From Alphaproteobacteria bacterium (lineage in GTDB: Bacteria > Pseudomonadota > Alphaproteobacteria > CACIAM-22H2): 64,000 bases of DNA. Both the position numbers and the translations under genes were made by a program. Below the pieces are notes generated by a model, which was given only the letters and a program-made list of their open reading frames with translations, made no database searches and had not been told where the DNA came from. Where the stretch lies: the NCBI GenBank assembly GCA_035457725.1, contig DATIBC010000057.1, positions 3,258-67,257 of the forward strand. The letters are read 5' to 3'. Positions 1 through 9,753 of the stretch are shown one piece after another (position 1 is the stretch's first letter; every line of letters starts with the position of its first letter).

Positions 1-35
1 ATCGGGTTGAACCACTTAACGATACCAATAGACAT
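1..35 (-). CDS. cold-shock protein (CspA family), first 11 codons only; gene runs off the left edge
   Basis: Reverse complement of 1-35 reads ATG TCT ATT GGT ATC GTT AAG TGG TTC AAC CCG = MSIGIVKWFNP, the canonical cold-shock-domain N-terminus. A GGAAGGA Shine-Dalgarno (43-49) lies 7 nt upstream of the ATG. Confidence 0.55.
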   Translation of the reverse strand, partial: MSIGIVKWFNP

Positions 36-182
36 AATGGAGTCCTTCCAAAGTTGATTTCCGGCCGCACACATGTGCGTACGGAGACAGCAGAACTTGG
101 AAGGGTAACGGAGTCGGATCAAAAGGAACCGAAAACCGGAGCCGACTCAAATGGAGCTGACGAATGGAATGTAACCACTCCG
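36..182 (-). promoter_or_regulatory. putative long 5' leader/promoter region of the cold-shock gene
   Basis: About 150 nt of visibly lower-GC non-coding sequence directly upstream of the csp start. csp genes classically carry long structured 5' UTRs. The transcription start is not determinable from sequence. Confidence 0.35.
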
Positions 183-443
183 TCATTGAATTACAATCCG
201 CGCGTTCGGGCGGCCAGTCAGCCATCCGTGAAAGCTCACCGGCGCGCGCCACCCTTCGGCGCCGTAGCGGGCGAGATCGATCTCGCCGCGCTTCTCCGCG
301 ATCGAACACCCAGCGCCGTGAACTAGTCGTGTGTCGAGCGCCACGAAGTCGACCACCGTCGAACCGACGACGACGTTCGTCGGCGCCGATCTTGTGATGG
401 CGCCCGATGCGGTCCCCGTGAGCGCCGAGGTGAAGCCTTGCAT
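183..443 (-). CDS. hypothetical small protein (about 86 aa, start uncertain)
   Basis: C-terminal part of track ORF 183..746. Third-codon-position GC is high in this frame from about 183 to 500. The N-terminal two thirds of the long ORF are R/W-rich junk-like, so an internal ATG at 443 is proposed. No family recognised. Confidence 0.25.
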   Translation of the reverse strand: MQGFTSALTGTASGAITRSAPTNVVVGSTVVDFVALDTRLVHGAGCSIAEKRGEIDLARYGAEGWRAPVSFHGWLTGRPNARIVIQ

Positions 444-787
444 CGAAGTGAACGGCCAGAGGCGGGTGGCGATCCTGGATCGACTCTGCCAGCGCCTCCG
501 AAAAGGGATGAACGCTGCTGGCATTGACAATGGCGATGGCGATGGCAGCGACACCCGCAACAAAGCATTCAAACCGCGTGCTTGTTGGATAAGAAACAAG
601 ACCGCGCCGTAAATCGTCTGGCGAACGCCGTTCGCCGCCCATGTGCCCAACGTGTGCCCGCCAGCCTCAGGAGCGTGCGGGAGCGGTCGGAAAACGTAAG
701 CAAATCTGGGAATGCCCGAAACGCCAAAACGCCCCGGAATGGACACCGAACCTGTCCATTATCGCTGCAATTTCAGATGGTTCATTC

Positions 788-862
788 TGGTAGCGGCGGA
801 GGGATTTGAACCCCCGACCAAGGGATTATGATTCCCCTGCTCTACCACTGAGCTACGCCGCC
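788..862 (-). tRNA. tRNA with CAU anticodon (elongator Met or lysidine-type Ile2)
   Basis: 75-nt cloverleaf read by hand: GGCGGCG-TA-GCTC-AGTGGTA-GAGC-A-GGGGA-ATCATAA-TCCCT-TGGTC-GGGGG-TTCAAAT-CCCTC-CGCCGCT-A-CCA. The CCA end is encoded. Positions 1:72 form a G:U pair, so it does not look like an initiator. Confidence 0.9.
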
Positions 863-999
863 GGACCAGATTGCGTGACCGGGCATGCCTGCAAGGGCGG
901 CATTGCCAGGCGCGAAAAAGGCCCTCGGCTATACGCTTTGCCGCGCGCCGATGTCAAGCCGGGCCAGACACTCTGAGGAGCGCAAATCGCCACGATAAA

Positions 1000-2160
1000 T
1001 CAGATATTTATGGACTCCGAACCGGTCGTGACGATCCACCCGCCACCGAGCAGGCGCGAGCCCCGGTAGAAGACACAGGCCTGTCCGGTGGCGATGCCGA
1101 ACTCCGGCCGCTCGAGCGCTACCTCGGCGGCGCCGGCCTGCGTGCGCCAAAGGCTCGCGGCGACGGATGGTGCGGTCGAGCGCAACTTGACCTCCACTTC
1201 GACGGCCTCGGCCGGCGGTTCCTCGCCGCCCGCGAGCCAGTTGACGTCGCGCAGACGCACGCGGGTCACGGCAAGCGCGGCGCGCGGACCGACGATCACG
1301 CGCCGGTTCGCCGGATCGAGTCGGACGACATAAAGCGGTTCGTCATCCATCGTCGCGGCGGCACCCAATGCGAGACCGCGTCGTTGTCCGATGGTGTAAT
1401 GAATGACGCCCGGATGCTCGCCCAGCACCGCGCCGTCGAGGCCGACGATTTCGCCCGGCTCGGCGGCGCCGGGGCGGAGCTTGGCGACAATGTCGGCGTA
1501 GCGGCCATTCGGCACGAAGCAAATGTCCTGGCTGTCGGGCTTCGCCGCCACCGGTAGGTCAAAGCGACGCGCCGCGGCGCGGGCGCGTTCTTTTGCCAGC
1601 GCGCCGAGCGGAAAGCGCAGAAAATCGAGCTGCGCTTGGGTCGTTGCGAAAAGAAAATAGCTCTGGTCGCGATTGGCTTCGTCGGCCCGGTGAAGCTCCG
1701 CGCCTTCGGCGCCATCGACGCGACGCGCATAGTGGCCCGTCGCCATGCATGCGGCGCCGAGGTCGCGCGCCAAGCGCACGAGATCACGGAACTTGACCGT
1801 GCGGTTGCAATCGACGCAGGGAATTGGCGTCTCGCCGCGGACATAAGCGTCGGCGAAGGCGTCGATCACCTCGCGCTCGAATCGTCGCTCGTAATCGAGC
1901 ACGTAATGGGCGATGCCGAGGCGGTCGGCCACGCGGCGCGCGTCGTGGATATCCTGGCCGGCGCAACATGCGCCCTTGCGTCCGACCGCCGCGCCATGGT
2001 TGTAAAGCTGCAGCGTGACGCCGATGACCTCGTAGCCCTGCTCGACCAGCAGTGCCGCGGTTGCCGAGGAGTCGACACCGCCCGACATGGCGACGACGAC
2101 GCGCGCTCCGGCGGAAACGCCATCGAGGGGCGAGGCGGACGGGGCAAGGGCGACGGTCAT
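1000..2160 (-). CDS. mnmA: tRNA 2-thiouridine(34) synthase MnmA
   Basis: 386-aa ORF with the PP-loop [15 protein letters not shown] and DQSYFL motifs. Full-length MnmA architecture. Confidence 0.93.
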   Translation of the reverse strand: MTVALAPSASPLDGVSAGARVVVAMSGGVDSSATAALLVEQGYEVIGVTLQLYNHGAAVGRKGACCAGQDIHDARRVADRLGIAHYVLDYERRFEREVIDAFADAYVRGETPIPCVDCNRTVKFRDLVRLARDLGAACMATGHYARRVDGAEGAELHRADEANRDQSYFLFATTQAQLDFLRFPLGALAKERARAAARRFDLPVAAKPDSQDICFVPNGRYADIVAKLRPGAAEPGEIVGLDGAVLGEHPGVIHYTIGQRRGLALGAAATMDDEPLYVVRLDPANRRVIVGPRAALAVTRVRLRDVNWLAGGEEPPAEAVEVEVKLRSTAPSVAASLWRTQAGAAEVALERPEFGIATGQACVFYRGSRLLGGGWIVTTGSESINI

Positions 2161-2190
2161 GGTCGCAATATACGGTCTCCCAGCCGAGGT

Positions 2191-3564
2191 TCAACCGCGC
2201 CCGGCCAGGATCGCGGCGGCACGGCGTAACGGCGCCGCGTCGGGCAGCAATCCGAGCGATACGCTGAAATGGCCCTGCCGGCGATGAAAGCGATTGGCCT
2301 TGGGCACGCGCCAGCGCTCGGCGAGCGCCGTGCCCCCGTCATAAGGCGTCACGTCGTCTTCGGTGCCGAGCAGCATGACGATGCGCTCCGGCGGCACGCA
2401 CGGCGGACCGAGCGGATCGCTGAACGGCCGCCATGGCTCGAGCCGCGCGTCGGTCCAACCGGCCGCACGCAACGCCCGGTCGAGACCAAGCGCGCGGGTC
2501 AAGGTTCCCTCGAGCGCTACCCGATCGAGGCGGTCGCTGGTGGCCACTAGAAACAGCGCGTCGGGGCGCATCGCAGCCGGCGCCGCAGCGAGATGCGCCG
2601 CCGCGAGCTGCGCGGTGAGCGCACCGAGGCTGACACCGCTGACGCCGACGAGCCCGCCGCTCGTCCGCTTGCACCAAGCGATCAGCACGGCGAGTTCCTG
2701 GACTAGACCGCACAGCAGGGTGAACGCCGAAAGCGGCGCGCGCCGAAAGAACGGTTCGCCGCTCCACGTGCCGAACAGCCTCCGGCGGCCGTGCCATGGC
2801 GCGATCGGCCGCACGACGCGCACGCCTTGTCCCACTAGCGGCATGATCTCATCCATCGCCAGGTCGATGCTGTCCGACTCGACTGCGACTCCATGGCAAT
2901 GGATGAGGGTCGGCGGGTCGGCGGTCTTGGGCGGCGCATAGACCCTGGCATAGGCGACATCGCCGACATCGGCGCTGGGCGCGACGAACCGCAGCATCGA
3001 TCGCACGCCCCATTTGTCGGTGAACTGCGCTGATTCATCGATCTTCGGCGACTCCGCCGGCGGCAGGAACGCGTGCGATGGGTGATCGCGAAATTTGCCG
3101 AACCGCGCCACCAGTTCATCCTCCGCAGGGATCGCGAAATCGACCGCCGCAATGTCGGCGCGTCGCGCCGGATAGATGAACCGCAGCCGTGTCGCAACGA
3201 AGTTCTGGCCGGTGCGCCGTCGGGCGGTTTCGGCGCCAGCCAACACCGATTGGTCGGCCGTGACGCCGCCGAAGAACAGATCGTCGCAGCGGCGTTCGGC
3301 GTCGATCGCGCGCGCCCGGATGCGCTGCGTTTCGGCCATTGCGCCAAGCAACAGATCGGGCGCGATGCGCGCCCGCGACAACCCCGGATTGGCCGCCAGC
3401 AATCGCTCGAGCCGATATTCCGCCGCTTCCGCCGACGCCCACAGCCGCGAAGCGGGAAACACCCAGCGTGTCAACGCCGCTAGCGCAACCCGGTCGAACC
3501 ACGGCCGGAACAGGAGATGTCCTGCCGGCGTGCGCGCGAGATCGAGTATCGAGGGGATTTCCAT
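2191..3564 (-). CDS. alpha/beta-hydrolase-fold protein, function unknown
   Basis: 457-aa ORF with a GVSLG nucleophile-elbow motif in the C-terminal half. No specific family recognised. Confidence 0.6.
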   Translation of the reverse strand: MEIPSILDLARTPAGHLLFRPWFDRVALAALTRWVFPASRLWASAEAAEYRLERLLAANPGLSRARIAPDLLLGAMAETQRIRARAIDAERRCDDLFFGGVTADQSVLAGAETARRRTGQNFVATRLRFIYPARRADIAAVDFAIPAEDELVARFGKFRDHPSHAFLPPAESPKIDESAQFTDKWGVRSMLRFVAPSADVGDVAYARVYAPPKTADPPTLIHCHGVAVESDSIDLAMDEIMPLVGQGVRVVRPIAPWHGRRRLFGTWSGEPFFRRAPLSAFTLLCGLVQELAVLIAWCKRTSGGLVGVSGVSLGALTAQLAAAHLAAAPAAMRPDALFLVATSDRLDRVALEGTLTRALGLDRALRAAGWTDARLEPWRPFSDPLGPPCVPPERIVMLLGTEDDVTPYDGGTALAERWRVPKANRFHRRQGHFSVSLGLLPDAAPLRRAAAILAGRG

Positions 3565-3609
3565 CGCGGATCATATATGGCATGCCGATGGCGGAAATGC
3601 GGCGCGGCG

Positions 3610-4320
3610 TCAGCCGGCGTCCAACCCCATCTGCCAGAACGCGGCTTCGAGTAGCGTCGCCTGACGAAACGTCTTAAGCAGCGAATCAAAGCGGCCGCCG
3701 CCGGCGCGGGCGTGCCACAACCGGTCGAGTTCTTCTGCCGCCGCTCGCGCCACTGTTCGGTATTCGTCGCCGGCGTACATTTCGATCCAGTCGCGGTACG
3801 GGTTGCCGGCACTCTTCGTCGCTGGGTCCGATTTTAGCGTCTGCGCGATTTCCGCGTAACCGATGATGCAGGGCGCTAGCGCCGTCTCGAGGTCGAGCAG
3901 ATCGCCGGCGAGACCACGATCGAGGACGAATCGCGTATAGGCCGTCGTCGCATCGGCTTCCGGTAATGCCTCCATGTCCGCCTCGCGCATCCCCCACCCG
4001 GCGCAAAATGCGACATGCAGACCCATCTCGACGTCGAGGATCGCTCTGAGGGCCGCGTTGGCGTGCCGCATCTCGGCGAGATTTTCGCTCTTGTAGACGG
4101 CGAGCCCCCAGGCGCGGGCAAAATGAATCAGAAAGCGATAATCCTGCCCAAGGTAATGTTTGAACGACGGCTCGGCGAGCGTGCCCCTCCCGAGCCGGCG
4201 GACAAACTCATGATCGATAAAACGCCTCCATTCGACCGCGGTGGCGGCGCGTAGACGAGCAAAAAGGCCGTCACGCGGCCACGGCGGCGCGCCGGTTTGC
4301 GCTCTCGATTGCTGCGCCAT
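3610..4320 (-). CDS. TenA/thiaminase-II family (haem-oxygenase-like fold) protein
   Basis: 236-aa ORF. The stretch IDHEFVRRLGRGTLAEPSFKHYLGQDYRFLIHFARAW and the later YTRFVL/IGYAEI segments are typical of the TenA family. Its start lies 9 nt downstream of the iscX stop on the same strand. Confidence 0.75.
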   Translation of the reverse strand: MAQQSRAQTGAPPWPRDGLFARLRAATAVEWRRFIDHEFVRRLGRGTLAEPSFKHYLGQDYRFLIHFARAWGLAVYKSENLAEMRHANAALRAILDVEMGLHVAFCAGWGMREADMEALPEADATTAYTRFVLDRGLAGDLLDLETALAPCIIGYAEIAQTLKSDPATKSAGNPYRDWIEMYAGDEYRTVARAAAEELDRLWHARAGGGRFDSLLKTFRQATLLEAAFWQMGLDAG

Positions 4321-4329
4321 GCGGTCGAT

Positions 4330-4542
4330 TCAGTCTCGCTCGTCGAGCCAGGCCATTTGTATGGCTTCGAGGATCTTTTCGTTGGAGCGGTTCGGATCGT
4401 CGTCGAAATCGGGGAGTTCCTGGACCCATTTCCAGAGATCGGTGAAACGCAGGTTGACGACGTCGGCGTCGGGCCTCGCCTCTTCCAGCGCGATGGCGAT
4501 CTCGCCGACGTCGGTCCAGCGCAGCTTGCGTCCCGGCATCAA
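4330..4542 (-). CDS. iscX: Fe-S cluster assembly protein IscX
   Basis: 70-aa ORF. LRWTDVGEIAIALEE...RFTDLWKWVQELPDFDDDPNRSNEKILEAIQMAWLDE closely parallels E. coli IscX/YfhJ. The exact start (first or second Met) is uncertain. Confidence 0.9.
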   Translation of the reverse strand: MMPGRKLRWTDVGEIAIALEEARPDADVVNLRFTDLWKWVQELPDFDDDPNRSNEKILEAIQMAWLDERD

Positions 4543-4568
4543 CTTCTCCCCTGACTCCTTTTGCCCGA

Positions 4569-4910
4569 CTACTTCGTCTTGTCGACCATCATGTTGCGGG
4601 TAGCCGCCGGCAGCGTGACGGTAAGGCCGTCGAGTTCTTCGGTCATGATGATTTGGCAGCCGAGCCGCGAGGTGTGCGTCAGACCGAAGGCGAGATCGAG
4701 CATATCCTCTTCGTCCTCGCTGGCCTCGGATAACCGCTCATAGTCGTCCGGATTGACGATGACATGGCAGGTCGAGCAGGCGAGCGATCCTTCGCACGCG
4801 CCTTCCAGGTCGATGTTGTTGCGATGCGCGATTTCGAGGACCGACAAACCGATCGGCGCATTGACTTCATGGCGGGTGCCATCGGGATCGATGAAAACCA
4901 TCTTGGGCAT
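4569..4910 (-). CDS. fdx: ISC-type [2Fe-2S] ferredoxin (adrenodoxin-like)
   Basis: 113-aa ORF with the [14 protein letters not shown] motif plus a distal Cys in LGCQI. It sits between hscA and iscX. Confidence 0.92.
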   Translation of the reverse strand: MPKMVFIDPDGTRHEVNAPIGLSVLEIAHRNNIDLEGACEGSLACSTCHVIVNPDDYERLSEASEDEEDMLDLAFGLTHTSRLGCQIIMTEELDGLTVTLPAATRNMMVDKTK

Positions 4911-4951
4911 GTCGCCGGGGTCTCTCTCGTCGCTCTTGCTTGGCGGTCCGG

Positions 4952-6823
4952 TCAGGAACGTAGTGTGTCGACATGGCGTCCGGCAAGGGCCGCGCGAATG
5001 CCGCGATCCATGCGCCGTTCGGCGAACGGCCGGGTCATGCGCTCCAACTCCTCGGCGGCGGCGCGAATCGCGAGACGGTTGCCGCTTTCGGCGGTCGCCT
5101 CGGCGCGGGCGACCGTATTTTCGATCAGCGCTCGCTCCTCCGCGCTCAAGAGCTCGCCATCGCTGGCGAGGGCCGAGCGCACGACATTGACCGTGCGGCG
5201 GGCCTCGACCTGGGCTTCGAGCAGAAGGCGCCGCTCCATGTCCTCGCGCGCGTGCTCGAGGCTGTCGCGCAGCATCACCGCCATCTCATCCTCAGCGAGT
5301 CCGTATGTGGGCTTGACTTCGACGCGCGCTTCCACGCCGGTGGTGTTCTCGCGCGCGCTGACCGTCAACAGTCCGTCGGCGTCGACGGCGAACGAGACTC
5401 GAATGCGCGCGGCCCCGGCGGTCATCGGTGGGATTCCGTTGAGCGCGAATCGAGCGAGCGAGCGGCATCGGTCGACCGTCTCGCGTTCGCCTTGGACGAC
5501 GTGAATCATCATCGCCGACTGGCCGTCTTGATATGTGGTGAACTCCTGCGCCATGGCCGTCGGAATCGCCGTATTACGCTCGATGATCTTCTCGACGATG
5601 CCGCCCATCGTCTCGATTCCCAGCGACAACGGCGTCACGTCCAAGAGCAGCGTGTCCGAGCCGCGGGTCAGCGCCTCCGCTTGCAGCGCGGCGCCAAGCG
5701 CCACGACCTCGTCGGGATCGATGTCGGCAAGCGCCGGCCGGCCGAACAACGCGCCGACGCTGCGCCGCACCAGCGGCACGCGCGTCGAGCCGCCGACCAA
5801 TACCACGCCATTCACCGACGCCGGCTCGATGCCGGCGTCCTCGAGCACGCGCTCGACGATCGTGATGGTGCGACCGACCCACGATTGGATCAAGCGCTCG
5901 AAGGTCGTGCGATCGATGCGGTGGAGCGAAGGCCGGCCGTCGAGATCGAGCGCCCCTTGCCATTCGCTCTGCGTCGTCAGGCATTCCTTGGCAACGCGCG
6001 CCGTCGCCAATGCCAGCTTGGCGCGCACGCTGTCTACCTCGCCGCCCCGCTCGGCGAGGAAGCGCTCGGCGATCGCATGATCGAAATCGTCGCCGCCGAG
6101 CTGTGCGTCGCCGCCGGTGGCGAGCACCTGGAATACGCCTTTCTCGAGCCGCAGCAGCGAAAAATCGAACGTCCCGCCGCCGAGGTCGTAGATCGCATAG
6201 AGTCCCTCGGCACCCTTGTCGAGGCCGTAGGCGAGAGCGGCGGCAGTCGGTTCGTTCACCAGACGCAGCACGTCGAGGCCGGCCAGCCGCGCCGCATCGC
6301 GCGTCGCGGTGCGCGCGGCGTCGTCGAAATAGGCGGGAACCGTGATCACCGCGCGGGTCACCGTTTGGCCCAGCGCCACCTCGGCGCGCGCCTTTACCGC
6401 CCGCAGAATGTCGGCGGAAATCTCCACAGGAGTGAGAACGCGGTCGCCAATCTTCAGGCGCACCATGCCGCCCTCGGCCGGCGACGCCAGCTCATATGGC
6501 AGCGAACCGGCGAGCGCTTTCAAGTCTTCGGCGCCCCGCCCCATCAGGCGCTTGATCGACCCGACGACGATCCCCGGATGGTCGAGAAGGAGCCGGCGCG
6601 CCGGCGCGCCGACGACCACTTGGCCGTCCTCGCGATAGGCGACGAGTGACGGCACGAGGCCATGGCCTGCCTCGTCGCGCAGCACTTCCGGTTTCTGTTC
6701 GTGCGCGATCGCCACGACCGAATTCGTCGTGCCTAGATCGATGCCGACGGCGAGCCCGCGCGGGTCGTCGTGTGGCATCGGCGTCTCGCCGGGCTCGTGA
6801 ATCTGAAGCAGCACCTCGGACAT
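4952..6823 (-). CDS. hscA: Fe-S protein assembly chaperone HscA (Hsp70 family)
   Basis: 623-aa ORF with [17 protein letters not shown] and other Hsp70 signatures. The ATG overlaps the hscB stop by 1 nt. Confidence 0.95.
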   Translation of the reverse strand: MSEVLLQIHEPGETPMPHDDPRGLAVGIDLGTTNSVVAIAHEQKPEVLRDEAGHGLVPSLVAYREDGQVVVGAPARRLLLDHPGIVVGSIKRLMGRGAEDLKALAGSLPYELASPAEGGMVRLKIGDRVLTPVEISADILRAVKARAEVALGQTVTRAVITVPAYFDDAARTATRDAARLAGLDVLRLVNEPTAAALAYGLDKGAEGLYAIYDLGGGTFDFSLLRLEKGVFQVLATGGDAQLGGDDFDHAIAERFLAERGGEVDSVRAKLALATARVAKECLTTQSEWQGALDLDGRPSLHRIDRTTFERLIQSWVGRTITIVERVLEDAGIEPASVNGVVLVGGSTRVPLVRRSVGALFGRPALADIDPDEVVALGAALQAEALTRGSDTLLLDVTPLSLGIETMGGIVEKIIERNTAIPTAMAQEFTTYQDGQSAMMIHVVQGERETVDRCRSLARFALNGIPPMTAGAARIRVSFAVDADGLLTVSARENTTGVEARVEVKPTYGLAEDEMAVMLRDSLEHAREDMERRLLLEAQVEARRTVNVVRSALASDGELLSAEERALIENTVARAEATAESGNRLAIRAAAEELERMTRPFAERRMDRGIRAALAGRHVDTLRS

Positions 6824-7482
6824 CAGTCCGCGTCCGCGCCTTCGCCGGCGAGCGCGTGTTTGCGGCCGCGCGCCTCATCGACCAGTTTGACGAGATACTT
6901 GAGCCGCGTCGTCTCGCGCCCGGCGGCGTCCAGATCGTCGCGATGGAAGGCGTCGGCGATGGCGGTGACGCTCTCCTTCACGTGCGACAGCGCCTCGTTG
7001 CCGATCGCCGCCGCCTGCTCGACGGTCTTGGCCGACATGAGATTTTCACGCCGCTCCAACTGTTCCATCAGGATCGTCGGATCGTTGATCGTATGGCAGC
7101 CGTCGGGATTGGCGGCGATGCCTTTGAGCTTCAGCAGATAGTCGGCGCGCGTCAGCGGATCCTTGAGGACGCGGTAGGCCTCGTTGAAGGCGACCGCCTG
7201 ACTCTGCGAGATCGCCCGCTCACGGGCGCTGCGCGTCGCAAAGCGATCGGGGTGGAGCTGGCGCTGAAACGAGAAATATCGGCGGTCGAGATCATTCTCG
7301 TCGAGCGCGAAATCGACCGAAAGTCCGAGCCGGGTGAAATGATCGAGGGCACGCGGCGGCTGCACGGACCGACAAGCGCTGCAGAACAACGCCGCGTGCG
7401 CCAGCGCCTCGCCGCACGACCAGCATCGCGCTGCTCCGGACGCACTTGGAGATTGGACCGGGAGCGGCATGGCCTCGTTCAT
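6823..7482 (-). CDS. hscB: Fe-S co-chaperone HscB with an N-terminal CxxC...CxxC extension
   Basis: 219-aa ORF. It has a J-domain with HPD (QRQLHPDRF) followed by the HscB C-terminal helical domain. N-terminal residues 20-37 read CWSC...CSAC. Confidence 0.9.
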   Translation of the reverse strand: MNEAMPLPVQSPSASGAARCWSCGEALAHAALFCSACRSVQPPRALDHFTRLGLSVDFALDENDLDRRYFSFQRQLHPDRFATRSARERAISQSQAVAFNEAYRVLKDPLTRADYLLKLKGIAANPDGCHTINDPTILMEQLERRENLMSAKTVEQAAAIGNEALSHVKESVTAIADAFHRDDLDAAGRETTRLKYLVKLVDEARGRKHALAGEGADAD

Positions 7483-7591
7483 CGTCGCTCCGAGATCGTC
7501 TCACGGCACGGCGCGGCCGTCCGCGTAGGTTCGAAAAAATCGAACGGCCGGCGGAGCGCCGGCCGTTTGTCGGCGCCCAGCGCCCGAATGG

Positions 7592-7993
7592 TCAAACGTG
7601 GAACGACTCGCCGCACCCGCATCGTCCCTTCTCGTTTGGGTTACGAAACACGAAGCCCGCCTTCAACGCCTCTTCGACGTAATCCATCTCGGTACCGAAA
7701 ACGAACATCGACGCCTTGGGATCGATCAGGATGGTGACGCCGTCGACCTCGACCGCCTCGTCCATCGGGTTGCGCTGATCGGCGTACTCCAGCGTGTACT
7801 GCAATCCCGAGCAGCCACGGGTACGAACGCCAATGCGCACGCCGGCCGAGGGCTTGCCGCGCTTGTCGAGCAACTGCTTGACGCGGGCCACCGCCGCCGG
7901 CGTCACGCCGATCGCGGCCGGCCGCGGGCGCGGGGCACGTTGCGGCGCCGGTTGCGGCTTGGCGCCGGCATCTGTTGGTACGATGTCGTTCAC
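7592..7993 (-). CDS. iscA: Fe-S cluster insertion/scaffold protein IscA (HesB family)
   Basis: 133-aa ORF with the C-terminal CGCGESF motif and GCSG earlier. It carries a Pro/Ala-rich N-terminal extension. Confidence 0.9.
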   Translation of the reverse strand: MNDIVPTDAGAKPQPAPQRAPRPRPAAIGVTPAAVARVKQLLDKRGKPSAGVRIGVRTRGCSGLQYTLEYADQRNPMDEAVEVDGVTILIDPKASMFVFGTEMDYVEEALKAGFVFRNPNEKGRCGCGESFHV

Positions 7994-8021
7994 GTCTTGC
8001 TCCGCACCGACTTGCTTGCGA

Positions 8022-8408
8022 TCAATTCCCTTCGCGCTTCTTCTTGTAGTCGGCGACAGCCGCCTTGATCGCGTCTTCGGCCAAGACCGAGCAGTGGATC
8101 TTGACCGGCGGCAGCGCGAGATGTTGCGCGATCTCGGTGTTCTTGATCGTTGCCGCCTCGTCGACGCTCTTACCCTTGACCCATTCGGTGACGAGCGAAC
8201 TCGAAGCGATGGCCGAGCCGCAGCCGAACGTCTTGAACTTCGCGTCCTCGATGATCCCTTCCCGGGTCACCTTGATCTGCAGCTTCATGACGTCGCCGCA
8301 CGCCGGCGCGCCGACCAATCCCGTGCCGACGCTTGGATCATCCTTGTCGAGCGCGCCCACATTGCGCGGGTGCTCATAGTGGTCGATGACTTTTTCGCTG
8401 TAGGCCAT
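8022..8408 (-). CDS. iscU: Fe-S cluster assembly scaffold IscU
   Basis: MAYSEKVIDHYEHPRNVG...GAPACGDVMKLQI...FGCGSAIASSS...LPPVKIHCS. Start trimmed to the conserved MAYSEKV Met (the track ORF begins 9 codons earlier). Confidence 0.93.
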   Translation of the reverse strand: MAYSEKVIDHYEHPRNVGALDKDDPSVGTGLVGAPACGDVMKLQIKVTREGIIEDAKFKTFGCGSAIASSSLVTEWVKGKSVDEAATIKNTEIAQHLALPPVKIHCSVLAEDAIKAAVADYKKKREGN

Positions 8409-8468
8409 AGTCCGTGCTCCTTGCTCACATATCAATATGGCGATCCGATCGGGTCATTGCCAGTCCGA

Positions 8469-9737
8469 TCAGTGCGCCGCCCACTTGATCGACTTAATGT
8501 CGATGCCTTCCTGGGCCATCTCCCATAGCGGGCTGAGATCGCGCAGTTTCTGCACCGCCTCGACGATGCGGTCGGCGGCGTATTCGACTTCGGTCTCGGT
8601 CGTGAAGCGTCCGAACCCGATCCGCAACGACGTATGCGCCAGATCTTCGGTGACGCCGAGGGCGCGCAGCACATAGGACGGTTCGAGCGAGGCCGACGTG
8701 CACGCCGATCCCGACGATACCGAAAGGTCCTTGATTCCCATCATCAGTCCCTCGCCTTCGACGTAGGCGAAGGAGAGGTTGAGGTTTCCAGGGATGCGAT
8801 GGCCCAAATCGCCGTTGAGGTACACCTCGGGAAGACGTTCGGTGATCTTGCGGTAAAATCGATCCCGCAAACCGGTCAGCCGCTCGGCCTCGGCCGCCAT
8901 TTCGCGTTTGGCAATCGCCGCCGCCTCGCCCAGGCCGACGCAAAGCGGCGTCGGCAGCGTGCCCGAGCGCATTCCGCGCTCTTGTCCGCCGCCATGTATG
9001 AGCGGGACAAGGCGGACGCGCGGCTTGCGCCGCACATACAACGCGCCAACGCCCTTCGGCCCATATATCTTGTGGCCGGAAATGCTCATCAGGTCGATCT
9101 TCATCGCCTCGACGTCGAGCGGAATCTTGCCGAAGGCCTGCGCGCAATCGGTATGGAATAACACGCGCGCCGCGCGGCAAACGGCGCCGATCTCGGCGAG
9201 CGGCTGAATGACGCCGATCTCGTTGTTGACGCCCATGATCGATACCAAGGCGGTCTTCGCGGTGATCGCCTGTTTCAGCGCCTCGAGGTCGATGAGTCCG
9301 TCCGATTTGACCGGCAGATAGGTGACTTCGAAACCCTCTTGCTCGAGATGCCGGCACGTGTCGAGCACGCATTTATGCTCCGTCACCGCCGTGACGATAT
9401 GGTTCTTGCGGTCCTTGTAGAATCGCGCGACCCCGGCGATGGCGAGATTGTTCGATTCGGTGGCGCCCGATGTGAAAACGATTTCGCGCGGATCGGCGTG
9501 GATCAACTCGGCTACCTGCTCGCGCGCCTTCTCGACCGCTTCCTCGGCCTCCCAGCCATAGGGGTGGTTGCGCGAATGCGGGTTGCCGAATTTCTCGGTG
9601 AAATAAGGCATCATCGCATCGAGCACGCGTGGGTCGAGCGGCGTCGTAGCCTGGTAGTCGAGATAGACCGACTTCGTCGGCGCGTTGCGCAGATCGGCGC
9701 CGCCATTGGTCGCGGCAGTTGGCAATACGGTACTCAT
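8469..9737 (-). CDS. iscS: cysteine desulfurase IscS
   Basis: Conserved IscS from MSTVL...[13 protein letters not shown]-Lys motif [10 protein letters not shown], active-site loop SSGSACTS and the IscS-type C-terminal tail. The ATG at 9737 is preceded by GAGGGAA. The 122 upstream codons of the track ORF overlap the previous gene and are R/S/P junk. Confidence 0.93.
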   Translation of the reverse strand: MSTVLPTAATNGGADLRNAPTKSVYLDYQATTPLDPRVLDAMMPYFTEKFGNPHSRNHPYGWEAEEAVEKAREQVAELIHADPREIVFTSGATESNNLAIAGVARFYKDRKNHIVTAVTEHKCVLDTCRHLEQEGFEVTYLPVKSDGLIDLEALKQAITAKTALVSIMGVNNEIGVIQPLAEIGAVCRAARVLFHTDCAQAFGKIPLDVEAMKIDLMSISGHKIYGPKGVGALYVRRKPRVRLVPLIHGGGQERGMRSGTLPTPLCVGLGEAAAIAKREMAAEAERLTGLRDRFYRKITERLPEVYLNGDLGHRIPGNLNLSFAYVEGEGLMMGIKDLSVSSGSACTSASLEPSYVLRALGVTEDLAHTSLRIGFGRFTTETEVEYAADRIVEAVQKLRDLSPLWEMAQEGIDIKSIKWAAH

Positions 9738-9753
9738 AGTCCTGTTCCCTCTT

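Noticed and set aside
16-642. Track ORFs 16..642 (-) and 331..612 (+) near the left edge.
   Set aside because: 16..642 would run through the csp start and leader and is Arg-rich. 331..612 shares its third-position GC signal with the minus-strand frame of 183..746, so it cannot be distinguished and has no family signature. Only a low-confidence 183..443 call was kept.
1-999. Possibility that the tRNA(CAU) marks an integrated mobile element, given the lower-GC flank.
   Set aside because: No integrase, direct repeat of the tRNA 3' end or other mobile-element genes are visible. The low-GC stretch is explained by the csp leader.
4973-6649. Long ORFs antisense to well-supported genes. Examples: 4973..6649 (+) opposite hscA, 22700..23944 (+) opposite prfB, 39461..40747 (-) opposite the M48 protease, 44011..45348 (-) opposite the ndvB-like gene, 46182..47093 (+) opposite FAH, 50809..52476 (+) opposite odc/DMT, 53524..54672 (-) opposite accC, and 60278..62659 (-) opposite nrdJ.
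   Set aside because: Their translations are Arg/Ala/Gly/Pro-rich with no recognisable motifs. High-GC genomes lack stop codons in antisense frames, and in every case the opposite strand encodes a protein with clear family signatures.
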